DNA from: a virus
Virus record (IMG/VR): IMGVR_UViG_3300037483_000299
Location: 30,090 to 94,089 of that record
Length of the DNA: 64,000 nt
Direction: 5' to 3' (one strand)
Position numbers and translations under genes: made by a program. The notes under the pieces are model-generated. The model made no database searches and was not told the origin of the DNA. It was given only the letters and a program-made list of their open reading frames with translations. Positions 10,307 to 21,338 of this stretch are shown piece by piece (position 1 is the stretch's first letter; every line of letters starts with the position of its first letter).

Positions 10307-10750
10307 GTGCCACGGGGTAAGTACTTGAAAATTCCCCGACCCAAGGCACGCACGAGCGCGGTAGGTGGTGGCAAACGGTGCTCCTCCTGTCGCACGGTCT
10401 ACGAACGGCCGGAGGAGCATTTTGCCAAACACCGGGCGACGTGGGACGGTTTCCAAAGCGTCTGTAACTCCTGTAAGCGTATCACGCACCGCAACTGGGT
10501 TCATGGTCTCAAGAGTGGGGAACGAGATCGAATGCTTGCCGAGCAGGATGGGCGGTGCGCGATCTGTCAGGAAAAGTGTGAGAAACTGGTGATCGACCAT
10601 TGTCACCAGCACGGGAACATCCGGGGTCTGCTCTGTCGGCCCTGTAACGCGTTACTTGGTATGTGTCAGGACGATGAGGCCATACTACGGCGGGCAATTG
10701 ACTATCTCCGCATCCATGCCCGTCGGGCTGGGATTGCGTTGGAGGGTTAA
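10307..10750 (+). CDS. Endonuclease VII-family HNH (homing-type) endonuclease
   Basis: QDGRCAIC...LVIDHCH..G.IRGLLCRPCN..LG...AIDYL. Confidence 0.88.
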   Translation: MPRGKYLKIPRPKARTSAVGGGKRCSSCRTVYERPEEHFAKHRATWDGFQSVCNSCKRITHRNWVHGLKSGERDRMLAEQDGRCAICQEKCEKLVIDHCHQHGNIRGLLCRPCNALLGMCQDDEAILRRAIDYLRIHARRAGIALEG

Positions 10751-10752
10751 GA

Positions 10753-12018
10753 ATGGCGGGGACTCAGCGGTCGGTTGATGCGTTCAAGCCGGAACTGGTG
10801 CAACCCGAAATCCTCCGGCAGCTCATCAACCTCGTGACGGACTTGGAGACGCTGCGGAATGCCCTCGATGTTGGGGGCATTACCGCCGTCACCGAGTTGA
10901 TGGCGGATCATGCGACGTTCCTGACGTGGGGGACGGAAGTAGACGCGGACGAGAACAACATCGCCAATCAGGTGGACTACCTCCTCACCCCGGATGGGGT
11001 GACCGGTGGGAGTTACGCCTTTTCCGCCGGAGCCGCGCCCACCCTCGCGGCGACGGGCTGGGTGAAGTACCAGATTGATAGGGCGGAGTACACGGCCGAG
11101 ATGCCGGCCACCATCACGCTTGAGGACCTGGGCGATGTCACGCAGGGGAACTTCTCGGCGTGGCGGATTGAGATTGACAAGCTCGGCGCGGTGACGGCGA
11201 AAGCCTCGCCCACGGTGGGGGGCTACGCCACGGCCCAGATCGCACTCCTGGCGCTCGGCGGCCTCGCTCCCACCGCGAGCACGGTCACGCTCGGCTATCT
11301 CACCCTCACCGATGCGGATTCCGTCATCAACGTCGGGACCGACAACCTCAACGCCGCTGGCGTCACGTCGGCCATCTACTACGAACGCGGGCCCCGGAAG
11401 CGCATCAGTGGGCTTAACGCCGCATTGGGAGCGGCTTCGACGCTCACCGCGGCCTCGACGACCTACGGGCACGGCACGATCAACGCCAACATGAACGGGC
11501 TCAAGAAAGCCGAGATCACGGCCGGGGCGACGCAAGCCCTGACCGATGCGGATACGATCAGCACGCTCAAGTTTGGGAACGTGCTCATCTGTACCGATCT
11601 CGCGGGAACAGGGAAGGTCAGCATCAATGCCGCCGGGACGCCCGGCGTGACGGCGATGGCCTATGCCTCGGCCGCTGCGGCGCTGACAGCTTCCGATCTG
11701 GTTGTGGATCGGTTGCCGTCGATGTTCGTGCCCATCGCACTCATCAAGGTCAGCAACCAGTCCGGGGGCACGTTCACTTTCAAGACGACCAACTGGGATG
11801 CCGCTAGCGTCACCAGCACGATTACCGACGCCACGTCGGCGCCCTGGGATCGCACGGTGGCGAGTGGGTTCAACTCGCATCAGGTGAGCCGCGATCCGAT
11901 TCCGGCTGATGTCACCGCGCCCTTGCCCTCTACGCTTTCGGCCACGGTGCCGAGCGCCACGGCGGTCAACGAAGCCGGCGACCTCGTGGCGGCGTCTATC
12001 GCGCTGAGTGAAACCTGA
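10753..12018 (+). CDS. Virion structural protein
   Basis: Ala/Thr-rich 421 aa in structural operon. Confidence 0.6.
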   Translation: MAGTQRSVDAFKPELVQPEILRQLINLVTDLETLRNALDVGGITAVTELMADHATFLTWGTEVDADENNIANQVDYLLTPDGVTGGSYAFSAGAAPTLAATGWVKYQIDRAEYTAEMPATITLEDLGDVTQGNFSAWRIEIDKLGAVTAKASPTVGGYATAQIALLALGGLAPTASTVTLGYLTLTDADSVINVGTDNLNAAGVTSAIYYERGPRKRISGLNAALGAASTLTAASTTYGHGTINANMNGLKKAEITAGATQALTDADTISTLKFGNVLICTDLAGTGKVSINAAGTPGVTAMAYASAAAALTASDLVVDRLPSMFVPIALIKVSNQSGGTFTFKTTNWDAASVTSTITDATSAPWDRTVASGFNSHQVSRDPIPADVTAPLPSTLSATVPSATAVNEAGDLVAASIALSET

Positions 12019-12794
12019 TGATGTACCGGGAAACCTGGGACGCTGATCCGGCGTGGCAGGCTGACCTCGAGCGCCTGGCGCCTCGGAGTGACCGGGTCAA
12101 CTGGCTCCTGATCCATTGGGAGCCTGGGGTCGCGTGGGAGCCGGTGCAACGCTGGGAAATCCGCGAGATGATCCCGGCCCTCGATACCGTGCCGGGGGAG
12201 ATGATCGAGGAGTACCAGGGACCCGACCCGCGGACCAGGGGACGGTGGCTGGAGGAGAAAGAGGAGAACGGGACGCTCACGAAGTCCTGGCACTCGGATA
12301 GTCTCGTCTCCCATCGGCAATGGCAACTGTTCCACCTGACCCGGTGCCACTCGCAACGCTTCTGGGTCATCCAAGGTTCGTACGGGGGCCATCGGGTACA
12401 TCTCCCCTTTGACCAGCGGCGCATCCTCGCGGGTCAAGGTCGGGTCGCGGATACCCCGGCGCCCGGGGCCCTGCCCTACGCCGAGTATTCCAGCCGCACG
12501 TTCACCCGGATTGCGGAGTGCGACCGGTTGCAGAAGTGGAAGCACGCGCTCGCCTGGGATCAGCGGCAGGAACGGAAAACCGACGCCGGGCTTTGGGTCA
12601 AGCAGGACCGGCGGAATGATGCGGCCGCGTGGAATACCGAGTTTCTGAAGTGGTGGGACGATCAGGTGGAAGGCTGGGTGCGGGATCTGCCGCAGTCCGC
12701 CATCCCGGCGTTCTCGGATATGCCCCGAGGGGATACACAGTACAACCGTGACGAGGACGCGCTGGACGCGAGCCTTGTCCATGAGGAGGACTAA
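12018..12794 (+). CDS. Hypothetical protein
   Basis: Coupled ORF, Trp-rich. Confidence 0.65.
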   Translation: MMYRETWDADPAWQADLERLAPRSDRVNWLLIHWEPGVAWEPVQRWEIREMIPALDTVPGEMIEEYQGPDPRTRGRWLEEKEENGTLTKSWHSDSLVSHRQWQLFHLTRCHSQRFWVIQGSYGGHRVHLPFDQRRILAGQGRVADTPAPGALPYAEYSSRTFTRIAECDRLQKWKHALAWDQRQERKTDAGLWVKQDRRNDAAAWNTEFLKWWDDQVEGWVRDLPQSAIPAFSDMPRGDTQYNRDEDALDASLVHEED

Positions 12795-13528
12795 TGGCGA
12801 GGCCCAAGACACAGCGGGATCAGCGGCGGGACGTGATGGCGGAAGATCAGTTCGGGCGGCCCTGGAGCTACCAGATCGAGATTGCGACGGGCGATCCGAC
12901 GGGGCTCATCAATGCGGCCGGCTGGCACGATCCGCTCCGCACGCCGCAGAAGTACTTGAAGCCGAAGAACGCGTTCGGGATGCAGGCGGGGTCCTTCATG
13001 GTGGATTTCCCGACGTGGATTACCGACCACGTGCGGGCAATGGGTGACTGGCAGCAGCAGCTCATGCGCGTCGCCCAGCTCAAGTACCCCGGAGGCATCA
13101 GTCCCGAGGACGCGGAACAGAACCCGTGGCTGGCGATTCTCACCGGCCCGAAACCGTGGCCGTCCGTCGAAGCCCTGAAGGCCGCGATGCAGGGGAGTAC
13201 CGCCTTGCTGGGCTGGGATCGGGCGCGGAAGTGTCCGGCCCAGACGGTCCAGCGGCATGATGGCCGCATGGTGCCGGCGGATCGAGGCGCGCGGAAGCTG
13301 TTGGGCGTGGAGACGGTCGAGGACACACTGGCGGCGGCGTCCGGGGAAACCTCACGGGAACGGGTGGGGACAGAAGCACCGGGGGAGGACACGGCACCGG
13401 ACACGCCGCCTTCGCATGAGCCACCGAAGACGTGGCCGGAGTTCGTGAAGTGGGCGCGCCAGACGGGTCAGGCCATGAACACGACCGAGGCCGGCAAGCT
13501 CTGGGCGGCCCGGAAAGCGGGGGTCTAA
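12794..13528 (+). CDS. Hypothetical protein
   Basis: TAATG coupling, GAGGAGG RBS. Confidence 0.65.
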   Translation: MARPKTQRDQRRDVMAEDQFGRPWSYQIEIATGDPTGLINAAGWHDPLRTPQKYLKPKNAFGMQAGSFMVDFPTWITDHVRAMGDWQQQLMRVAQLKYPGGISPEDAEQNPWLAILTGPKPWPSVEALKAAMQGSTALLGWDRARKCPAQTVQRHDGRMVPADRGARKLLGVETVEDTLAAASGETSRERVGTEAPGEDTAPDTPPSHEPPKTWPEFVKWARQTGQAMNTTEAGKLWAARKAGV

Positions 13529-13900
13529 ATGGCCGTCGTCCAGATCGGGCACAACACCCAATACGGCGTCTCGCATACGCTGGACGCGACGGATGAGCAT
13601 ACCCCGCTGGCGGATACCGGGGCGGCGGCGGGCCTCATCAACTACCACATCGTCTTCAACGGGACCTGGGACGGGACGCTCACCTTCGAGGCGGGGACGA
13701 AGATCAACGGGACGCTCGTCTGGGACCCGATCCTCGCCACCAATCTGGTGAGTGCCGCGACCGCGACCACGACGGTAGGGGCGACGACCACGGATGAAAT
13801 CTGGCGCATCGATGCCACCGGCTTGTCCGGCATCCGGGTGTACGCCACCCTCGTCACCGCCGGCTCTTGTACCGTCACGCCCACCTGGGCGATGGGGTAA
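13529..13900 (+). CDS. Small virion protein, similar to N-terminus of 9427-10305
   Basis: GTWDGTLTFE...IRV.ATLVTAGS. Confidence 0.55.
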   Translation: MAVVQIGHNTQYGVSHTLDATDEHTPLADTGAAAGLINYHIVFNGTWDGTLTFEAGTKINGTLVWDPILATNLVSAATATTTVGATTTDEIWRIDATGLSGIRVYATLVTAGSCTVTPTWAMG

Positions 13901-13906
13901 GTCCAA

Positions 13907-14539
13907 ATGCTCACCACTTCAGGTCGTGATGAAATCCTGGCGCTGTACGCGACGGGTCACTACGTCGGGCTGATCTCGGCCGAGACGGATTGGCGCGCCG
14001 GGTCTGTGACCGAACTGTCCTACAGCGGATACGCCCGACTGGCCTTGGCCCTCGATGCCGCGGCGAATGGCTCACCGGCCACCTTCCGGCGTCGGGCCAA
14101 CAGCGGGCAGTTGACCTTTGCCGCCGTCGCGGGGGGCGCGGTCGCCCCACTGCTCTACGGCGTCTGGGATGCGCTGACCGTCGGGACGCTCAAGGCCATC
14201 GGGCCCTTTAGTGCCGACGTGCCTGTTGTGGCGTCGGTCGTGGATACGACCGCTGACGATTTCGTAGCGGTGGCGCATGGACTGGTCGCCGACCAACGGG
14301 TGTATCTCCTGGCAAGCGCCGGGATGCCGATGCCGACGGGAGTAGTCGACGATACGCTCTATTACATCGGAACCGTCGCGGATGCCGACCACTTCACCCT
14401 CTCGACTACGGCGTCGAACGCCAACCCGGTGGCGATTACCACCCTGGGGGCGGTACAGGTGATCCCGACAGCCGCGACGACCGTCAACAACGACGAGTCG
14501 CCGCAGATCGCCATTGGTGGCGTGCTCCTGGCAATCTAG
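13907..14539 (+). CDS. Tail-fiber-associated structural protein
   Basis: ELSYSGYAR...N...LTF...YGVWDA.T.G motif. Confidence 0.65.
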   Translation: MLTTSGRDEILALYATGHYVGLISAETDWRAGSVTELSYSGYARLALALDAAANGSPATFRRRANSGQLTFAAVAGGAVAPLLYGVWDALTVGTLKAIGPFSADVPVVASVVDTTADDFVAVAHGLVADQRVYLLASAGMPMPTGVVDDTLYYIGTVADADHFTLSTTASNANPVAITTLGAVQVIPTAATTVNNDESPQIAIGGVLLAI

Positions 14540-14541
14540 CC

Positions 14542-15522
14542 GTGGCCCGTTACGTCCGGTTCCAACGGGAGCCTATTTCGGCTGGCGGTGGGCTTGCGCT
14601 TACCCTTGGCCCTTCCCATCTCGGGCTCTTTCGTGCTAGCGGAGCGGTGAGTGCGGTTGCGGGGGCTGATGAGGATGCCGAACCGACTTATTCCGCCGGG
14701 GCGGGTGATGTCTCGCTGTTGACCGAGGACTTCGACGCCTGGGCAAGCGTGGATCAATCGGCGGTCGCCGCGCCCAAGATGCGCGTCTTTGGGGATGCAG
14801 AGAACGGGGGTGGCAATCCGGTTGCGACGGCAACGCTCGTCAGCCCAGGTCGTGGGGGTGCCGGGAAGTGTCTCCGGCTGACCTACCCCCAGGCCCAGAG
14901 TGCCGTCGATTCGCGGCACTTCCTTCAGACGGTAGGTATCTCGGTCAGCACCGCGTTCACCAGCTACCAAACGATCTGGATTCGGCCGAGTACGAATGCG
15001 TGTTCCTTGGGCAGCGTGAAGGGTACCACGCCAAAGTTCATCCAGCACTACCACACGGCCCAGGGAGCCGCACAGCGGGTCCAGATCAGCTCGTTCAAGT
15101 TCGCTTCTGGCTCGCCCTCCCTCGGTGGGCTACCCGCCAGGGAATACTTCCACGTCAATAGTCAGGCGAACTCTTTGGCCTTACAGCGGGGCGACCCGCA
15201 CTGGCTCACGAGCGGGGGCCTCGCGGATCTCGCCGACAACGATTGGCACCGCTTCACGACCGGGGTCAAGGCCAACACGAGTCAGGGGTCCCGCGATGGC
15301 ATGGCGAAGTTGTGGGTTGATGGGACGCTGGTCGTCGATCTGTCGGCCCGGGGGGTACTGCTGGGTCGCACCGATAACACTGAACTTGATCAGTTGGTGT
15401 GGGATCGTGGCATCGGAGACATTCACTACGGCGACGTGCTCTTCGCCGCCGCCGCGCAAGCGACCGCGACCTTTACGTTCGATTATGACGACTTCCAACG
15501 CTGGCGGAAGGTGAGCGGCTAA
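14542..15522 (+). CDS. Virion protein with LamG/polysaccharide-lyase-like beta-sandwich
   Basis: EDFD...WH...DG..KLWVDG...YDDF; C-domain paralogous to 27445-28530. Confidence 0.6.
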   Translation: MARYVRFQREPISAGGGLALTLGPSHLGLFRASGAVSAVAGADEDAEPTYSAGAGDVSLLTEDFDAWASVDQSAVAAPKMRVFGDAENGGGNPVATATLVSPGRGGAGKCLRLTYPQAQSAVDSRHFLQTVGISVSTAFTSYQTIWIRPSTNACSLGSVKGTTPKFIQHYHTAQGAAQRVQISSFKFASGSPSLGGLPAREYFHVNSQANSLALQRGDPHWLTSGGLADLADNDWHRFTTGVKANTSQGSRDGMAKLWVDGTLVVDLSARGVLLGRTDNTELDQLVWDRGIGDIHYGDVLFAAAAQATATFTFDYDDFQRWRKVSG

Positions 15523-16724
15523 TGCCGGCGGGAACTCCGGTCGTCCTCGGGACGGACGTTGCGCTTGATACCAGCAGTGATCTGGTCGTCACGATTACGG
15601 CGGTGACGGCAAACCGGAAGGTGCTCTGCTTCATCCACAAGGTCCGGGCGACTTCGACGCCGGCGGCCTCAACGCCTACTGGGGGGCTCGGGGCGGATAC
15701 TTGGGCTCTCGTCACCGCTGGAGCGGGCGGCACGCTGTCCTACGACGTGGCTGGGGGGTCGCGCGGCGTGGGATGGGTCTACGAGGCGAAACCGTCGTCC
15801 CCGAGCGGAACCGAGGTCACGATCCCGACCGACGGCATCACCTATGAAGTGGTCCGCGCAACGGTCGTGAGCGTTCCTGATACGAGTACCGTTGTGCAGT
15901 GTGTCCAAGACATCGGCGGCACGAATCCGGTGAGCTGCGCGCTCTTGGAGATGGCGGACACGACTAATAACATCTTCATCATGATGGCGTGCCACAACGG
16001 GACGGCTAGCCGGACGTGGGACCCAGACGCCGCCGATGGCTTCACGGAGCTGACCGACACCAACGATATTAGTGCGAGCACTGACCGCGGTGTCACTGAG
16101 ATACAGTACAACATAGCAGCGGCGGGCGCGGTGACGGCGGATGCAACACTCAGTGCGGCGTCCAGCATCATCGGCGGGGTAGCACTGGAGCTGGCCTATG
16201 CGGCAGAGAGTACCCCGGTCGCGCTGGCCGGCGCCCCTTCCCATCTTGGCGTATTCCATGCAACGGGCGAATTGGACCGACTGGCAAGCATCGGGCCGGT
16301 TTACCTTGGGGTGTTTCATGCACAAGGCGCAATCTCCGCCTTCAGCGCCGCCACGGTGCCCGACGCGCCAACGGGCTTGGCTGTCCAGATACTCGATCTT
16401 CAGGGACCTAAGGCCCGCCTGACGTGGACGGACAACGCCGATGATGAGACCTCGTACCATGTGGAGCGGGCCAGCGATTGGAATGGCGCCACCGGCACGT
16501 TCGCCGAAGTGGAGAGCCTTGCGCCCGACGTGGAAACGGCTGACGATGACGGCTCTTTTCAGCCGGGCCAAGAATATGCGTGGCGCGTCTTTGCTCGGAA
16601 TGCGGCGGGTGACAGTGACGACAGCAACGTGGTAACGGCAACGCCGAGCCCGGCGACAGACTGGACGATGGGGCCGATAGGCCGGACGCTACGCATGGGC
16701 CGCCGTCGGGCCTTGTTGATGTGA
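15522..16724 (+). CDS. Virion protein with C-terminal fibronectin type III domain
   Basis: PDAPTGL...LTWTDN.DDET.Y.VER...Y.WRV.A.N.AG.S..SN. Confidence 0.75.
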   Translation: MPAGTPVVLGTDVALDTSSDLVVTITAVTANRKVLCFIHKVRATSTPAASTPTGGLGADTWALVTAGAGGTLSYDVAGGSRGVGWVYEAKPSSPSGTEVTIPTDGITYEVVRATVVSVPDTSTVVQCVQDIGGTNPVSCALLEMADTTNNIFIMMACHNGTASRTWDPDAADGFTELTDTNDISASTDRGVTEIQYNIAAAGAVTADATLSAASSIIGGVALELAYAAESTPVALAGAPSHLGVFHATGELDRLASIGPVYLGVFHAQGAISAFSAATVPDAPTGLAVQILDLQGPKARLTWTDNADDETSYHVERASDWNGATGTFAEVESLAPDVETADDDGSFQPGQEYAWRVFARNAAGDSDDSNVVTATPSPATDWTMGPIGRTLRMGRRRALLM

Positions 16725-16734
16725 GGAGCGACTA

Positions 16735-17259
16735 GTGGCAAGCTGTCAATGCGGGTGCGGCCGCGAGGTGAAGAACCGCTTCGTCAAGGGGCATCATGTG
16801 CGCGTGATGCGTATTCGGCGTGGAACGTCGGAGTCACGGTTCCTCATGAAGATTCGCAAGGAACCTACCGGTTGCTGGTCGTGGATAGGGGCGCGAGCCG
16901 TAGTGGGGTACGGGAAGTTCTGGTACGAAGGCCGGCTTATGGAGGCCCACCGAGCGGCCTTCCTGCTCTTCCGTGGGGAGATTCCCCTTGGACATCATGT
17001 ATGCCATACCTGTGACTGCCCGTCATGCGTCAACCCAGAGCACTTGTTCACAGGAACGCGAAGCGAAAACATGATGGACGCTAGCCGGAAGGGGCGGACG
17101 TCGAACCAGAACCGTGGCAAGACACATTGTATTAGAGGGCACAATCTCGCGGATGCCTACGTACATCCCCGCGGGAATCGGGTCTGTCGCCACTGTGGCC
17201 CGATTTGGAGAGACCGGTATCTCGCTAAACGCCAGAGGGTGACACATGGCGAGCTATGA
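16735..17259 (+). CDS. HNH homing endonuclease
   Basis: CWSWIG...GYG...AHR...VCHTCD.P.CVNP.HL..GT..EN..D, KTHC.RGH. Confidence 0.9.
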   Translation: MASCQCGCGREVKNRFVKGHHVRVMRIRRGTSESRFLMKIRKEPTGCWSWIGARAVVGYGKFWYEGRLMEAHRAAFLLFRGEIPLGHHVCHTCDCPSCVNPEHLFTGTRSENMMDASRKGRTSNQNRGKTHCIRGHNLADAYVHPRGNRVCRHCGPIWRDRYLAKRQRVTHGEL

Positions 17260-17938
17260 TTCCAGCGACCTTCTCGCCCTGTTCCTGCGCGATGCGGGCA
17301 TTCCGAGCACGACGGAGTTCCCGACCACGGCGCAAGCGTACACCTATCTCCGGGACGGGCAGTCCTACTACTACGGCGTGTTTGCGACGCATTGCCCGTG
17401 GTACCTGATGGCGGCGCCGACGCTGCTCACATCGAGCGATAGCGGCGTGACGTACGTCATGCCCAGCTCGACGCACGTCCTCGCGGTCGAAGTCTACGAC
17501 AGCCTGAACGGCCGGCTTCTACGGCCCTGTAGCTACTGGGATCGGGGCGGCGATTACGTCTGGGAAGGGAACCGGATTCGGATGCCGGGCAGCGTCGCCA
17601 AGACGTTCAGCGGTGGGCCGTACGTGCGGTACATCGCCGAGCCCACTGACCTCGATGGTTCTACGGCTCCTACACTGATGCCGGACCATGCCCGGGTGCT
17701 GATCGTGGCCCACGCGGTGACGACTTGGGCCGGCCGGGGCGGGATGCGGGATGCGCGGCCCTTCAAGGAAGCGGAAAAGAGTCTGGCGTGGGGCGACCCC
17801 GACCGCCCGGGCGACATCGGGATCATCGGGGCCTTGAAGCTCCAGAACCCCTTCTTGGGTGCGACGGCAAGCGCGAGCCGGGCCTTGGTGAGCGGGCTGC
17901 AAGCCATTGATACCGGCTCGGGGTACTCGGCGCTATGA
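17246..17938 (+). CDS. Head-tail adaptor-like protein
   Basis: Size and position before tail-tube-like gene; Y...P..L.....P motif. Confidence 0.55.
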   Translation: MASYDSSDLLALFLRDAGIPSTTEFPTTAQAYTYLRDGQSYYYGVFATHCPWYLMAAPTLLTSSDSGVTYVMPSSTHVLAVEVYDSLNGRLLRPCSYWDRGGDYVWEGNRIRMPGSVAKTFSGGPYVRYIAEPTDLDGSTAPTLMPDHARVLIVAHAVTTWAGRGGMRDARPFKEAEKSLAWGDPDRPGDIGIIGALKLQNPFLGATASASRALVSGLQAIDTGSGYSAL

Positions 17939-18258
17939 GATACGTGCTGGCGGGTTTCATCCTGTTGGGTTGTACCGGCGAGTTGGTTGCGCCCGTTCCC
18001 GTGACTCAGCCCGTGTCAGTCCTGTGGTTTGTCGGGGTGTGCGACCGCCCCGTGGTCTGGTGGCTCCGGACCGACCCGGCTATCCGGCCTCCCGTCATGG
18101 TATACATGGCTCGCACTGATTCTCTTGCACTCCTCACAGACTCAGTCGTCATGGGACTCCGATGGATGGAATTGGATGGAGCGGCGCAGATCGTGGCTGC
18201 CGGTGAGTTTTCTACTGGCCCTGTGGGACGGCTCACAGCTACCTGCAGGAGTTTGTGA
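17935..18258 (+). CDS. Putative lipoprotein
   Basis: [13 protein letters not shown] lipobox-like N-terminus. Confidence 0.5.
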   Translation: MRYVLAGFILLGCTGELVAPVPVTQPVSVLWFVGVCDRPVVWWLRTDPAIRPPVMVYMARTDSLALLTDSVVMGLRWMELDGAAQIVAAGEFSTGPVGRLTATCRSL

Positions 18259-18261
18259 ACA

Positions 18262-19893
18262 ATGCCAGCGCGCCGCTCAGTCACGTCTTGTGAGGGGGTA
18301 ACGGGTATTCGGATCACGTCCTCGCTAGGGACCTTTCGGCCGGATGACGCGACGGTGTTAACCAACTGCCTGCCTGCGTCCACTGTGCGGGATATCCCTC
18401 AGCCGATTATCCCTCGGTACGGATTAGTCGGCTTGCCTGCAACACCGGCGGCGGTGACGAGTGGATCACATAACAACCAACTGATGTATGAGTTCCGGAA
18501 ACTCGACGGGACGCTCACCATCATCGGGGTCTGGAACGGTATCATTCATACCTACAATCCGACCACTGATGCCTGGACGGCAGTGGTGACAGCGGCCAAT
18601 TTCGCCACGGCGAGTATCACCCGTGCAACGTCCGGTCGGTGGTTTGCCGCTACCTTCAACAACACGGTCGTATTCTCGGACAGCACGAACCTCCCGTTTA
18701 CTTGGGACGGGACGAGCGGGGCGGGAGGATTGGTTTCACTAACCAACGCGGCCGTGGCCTATGGTCGGCCCTTTGTCCATGCAGGCAAACTCGGGTTCAT
18801 TCAGAACGCTGACCGCTCAACGTTTATCTGGTCGGAAGAACTCGCAGCCAATACGGGCTATGAAGCGGGTGGCTACAACAACGCTTGGACCCTGAAACAG
18901 AACGGCTCTAATCCGCTTGTGGGAATACAAGGGAGCAACGCCGGGTTGTTCTATTTTCGGACCCAGGGGATCGGAATCATCACAGGAGACGTGACCCCGG
19001 ACTTTGCGACTACTGCTACTGATGATGCGATTGCCGAATCAGTAGGGCTCGGAGGGCCGGACGCATTTCTGTTGCATGAAAAGCGTTTCTGGTTTCTTGA
19101 CGAGGCTGGGCGCCCGTGGTCCCTAGAACTTGGCGGTGGCCTCACGCCGCTCTGGGCGGACCTAGAGGCAACGCAGGTAGCGGAAGCCAACCCCGGCGCC
19201 CCGGTCGTTGTGTACAGCTTTCCGAGGTCCACGGCGACAGCGCAAGTGTCGTGGAATCCGGTGTATGACCTTATCATGATGCGGGCGAGCGCCACAAGCG
19301 GGTTTGCACCGTACTGGTTCGGCTTTAGTCCCTATACGGGGCGGCTCGTGACCGCGTGGCAGTTTGATTCCGGTGAGGAGTTCTACAGTTCTGTTAGCAC
19401 CACCTTCACATCGGTTCCCGCGTGGGTCGTCGGGCTTAACGGGTCCTTCGCTGCTGCCGTCGTAGCCGGTCAATGGGAAGATTTGGATGTGTCGGCGGTA
19501 GACTATCGGTCGTACAGTTGTCAGTACCGGAGTGGGCCGCAAGCGTGGACAACTGGCCTCGCTTTACACTTTAGCCGCTTGGATCTTGTCGCACAGTCTG
19601 TAGCAACCAGTTTTGTGACGGCGGGAAGTGCGTACAGTCTCCGCGTGCTGACCTCTGACAATCCGGTGACCACTCAATCGGCGCAGACCGTCAACTATCT
19701 CACGCCAGCCGCACTCAACTTGCAGCGGTACGCGCAACATGAGGCGATTGGACTCAATGTTGGTGGCCGATGGGCGGCAGTGGATATCCAATTCACACCG
19801 GAAGAACTGACCGGTGTGGCATTCGCCCCCCACGCTATTTATGGTTGGGCCCTGCACCATTACCCGATTGGGAATGAGCCGGAGGTCCGATGA
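18262..19893 (+). CDS. Tail tubular/stabilisation protein (P22 gp10-like)
   Basis: 543 aa beta-rich, F.WS motif, after adaptor. Confidence 0.6.
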   Translation: MPARRSVTSCEGVTGIRITSSLGTFRPDDATVLTNCLPASTVRDIPQPIIPRYGLVGLPATPAAVTSGSHNNQLMYEFRKLDGTLTIIGVWNGIIHTYNPTTDAWTAVVTAANFATASITRATSGRWFAATFNNTVVFSDSTNLPFTWDGTSGAGGLVSLTNAAVAYGRPFVHAGKLGFIQNADRSTFIWSEELAANTGYEAGGYNNAWTLKQNGSNPLVGIQGSNAGLFYFRTQGIGIITGDVTPDFATTATDDAIAESVGLGGPDAFLLHEKRFWFLDEAGRPWSLELGGGLTPLWADLEATQVAEANPGAPVVVYSFPRSTATAQVSWNPVYDLIMMRASATSGFAPYWFGFSPYTGRLVTAWQFDSGEEFYSSVSTTFTSVPAWVVGLNGSFAAAVVAGQWEDLDVSAVDYRSYSCQYRSGPQAWTTGLALHFSRLDLVAQSVATSFVTAGSAYSLRVLTSDNPVTTQSAQTVNYLTPAALNLQRYAQHEAIGLNVGGRWAAVDIQFTPEELTGVAFAPHAIYGWALHHYPIGNEPEVR

Positions 19894-20285
19894 CGCCGCC
19901 CTTCAAGCCGGAGTTGGATCGGTCGGTTGGCACACAAGACCGTCAAGTCACGGTGAAAATCAGGGATCGTGCTGCGCTCTATCAGACAGCAGACGCCGAC
20001 CCCGCTGTCGCGCTCTACACCGTCCCGGTCAACTACACGGCGACAGGCCGCGTCTATGTGACGGAACGGTCGGGCACGGCGCGAACCTTCGGGATCGCGC
20101 TACGGAAATCCGGGGCGGCGATTGATAACGCGCACTACGTTGCGGGCCCGACGGCCCCGCTCGCAGCGAACGAGGACGCGCATACGGAGGAGTTCAAGAA
20201 ACTGCCGGTGAATACCATCGTCCAGGTCGTCGCGTCGTCGGCCGATGTCTCCTTTTCCTGGGTTGGGATTGAGGAGCCGGTATGA
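19890..20285 (+). CDS. Virion structural protein
   Basis: LYTVP...VSFS..G.E motif. Confidence 0.55.
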   Translation: MTPPFKPELDRSVGTQDRQVTVKIRDRAALYQTADADPAVALYTVPVNYTATGRVYVTERSGTARTFGIALRKSGAAIDNAHYVAGPTAPLAANEDAHTEEFKKLPVNTIVQVVASSADVSFSWVGIEEPV

Positions 20286-20506
20286 CGATGATCCGGCGGT
20301 ATGTGCGGCAAACGGCGCCCGTAAACATCGGGGACGTGTCCGGGCGGCTCAGGATACAGCGGGCAGCGGCAGAGCAGATGAATGTGCTAGGGGAGAGTAA
20401 CAGCTACGCCACGGTTCGCCTTATGGGCCTGACGGTAGACGGATTAGTCGGTGTCGGATCTCGCGCAGTCGTGGCGGATGCGAACGGCGTGTTGAGCGCG
20501 CCCTAG
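20282..20506 (+). CDS. Small hypothetical protein
   Basis: G.R.VVADANG.L fiber-like motif; coupled. Confidence 0.45.
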   Translation: MTMIRRYVRQTAPVNIGDVSGRLRIQRAAAEQMNVLGESNSYATVRLMGLTVDGLVGVGSRAVVADANGVLSAP

Positions 20507-20521
20507 GAAGGAACGAGACGC

Positions 20522-21337
20522 ATGGCGAACAATCCCCTGAGCCTGGGGCCGCGGTTCAACATTCTCCTGCAAGAAGCAGTGGGGCAGGGGATCGACCGAG
20601 CGGCGTTGATCCAGGCACTCCAGAACCTGCCCCCGGATCAGTTCCGGGCTTTGCAGTCCTCACAGGCTACCGGCTTCGAGGCGTTGAACCAAGCGATGGG
20701 CGGGCAGCTCGATCCCGCGAAAACGAGCACGACGTTGGGGGGCGAACGCAAGCCGTCAAGCGCATGGAAGGGCCTGACCGATCCCCGCACGTTGGCCTTT
20801 CTTGCCGCTCCGCTCGCCGTAGCGGCTGCACCTGCGGTCGCTGGCGCGGTAGGAGCCGCGGGAGCGGCTGGTTCTGCTGCGTCCGGTGCTGGCGCACTCA
20901 GCACGCTCGGCCAAATCGGCAACATCGCCCGCACCGCCGCCCCGATCATTGGTGGAGTAGCCAATGCCATCGGGGGTGCCCAGAGTGGTGGGCAGGCGGA
21001 CAAGTACGCGGAAGCGGCCGGTGAAGCGGGGCTGCGAGAGACGGCCGACCGGGAGCGGATTCGCGCGGCGCTCTTGCAGCGGATGGTGAGTAGCCCCGGC
21101 GGAGCCCGGCCTGACCTGTCGGCCACGTTCGCCGGCAGTCAGAACCCCTTTGGGTCGGTCGCCCCTCGGATGCCCAGTGCGCCGATTCCCGGCGCGTTGG
21201 CCCCATCAGGCGGCGGTGTCCCTCCGGGCCGGGATCTGGGGACGGTAAATGTCCAGCCCGGCACTGCCGCACCGATGACGCCAGAGGAGCGGCGGCGAAA
21301 AGGGTTGATGCAGTCTCTTGTGCTGGGAGGACGCTAA
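20522..21337 (+). CDS. Putative DNA ejection protein
   Basis: Gly/Ala-rich hydrophobic core typical of podovirus ejection proteins. Confidence 0.55.
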   Translation: MANNPLSLGPRFNILLQEAVGQGIDRAALIQALQNLPPDQFRALQSSQATGFEALNQAMGGQLDPAKTSTTLGGERKPSSAWKGLTDPRTLAFLAAPLAVAAAPAVAGAVGAAGAAGSAASGAGALSTLGQIGNIARTAAPIIGGVANAIGGAQSGGQADKYAEAAGEAGLRETADRERIRAALLQRMVSSPGGARPDLSATFAGSQNPFGSVAPRMPSAPIPGALAPSGGGVPPGRDLGTVNVQPGTAAPMTPEERRRKGLMQSLVLGGR

Positions 21338-21338
21338 C

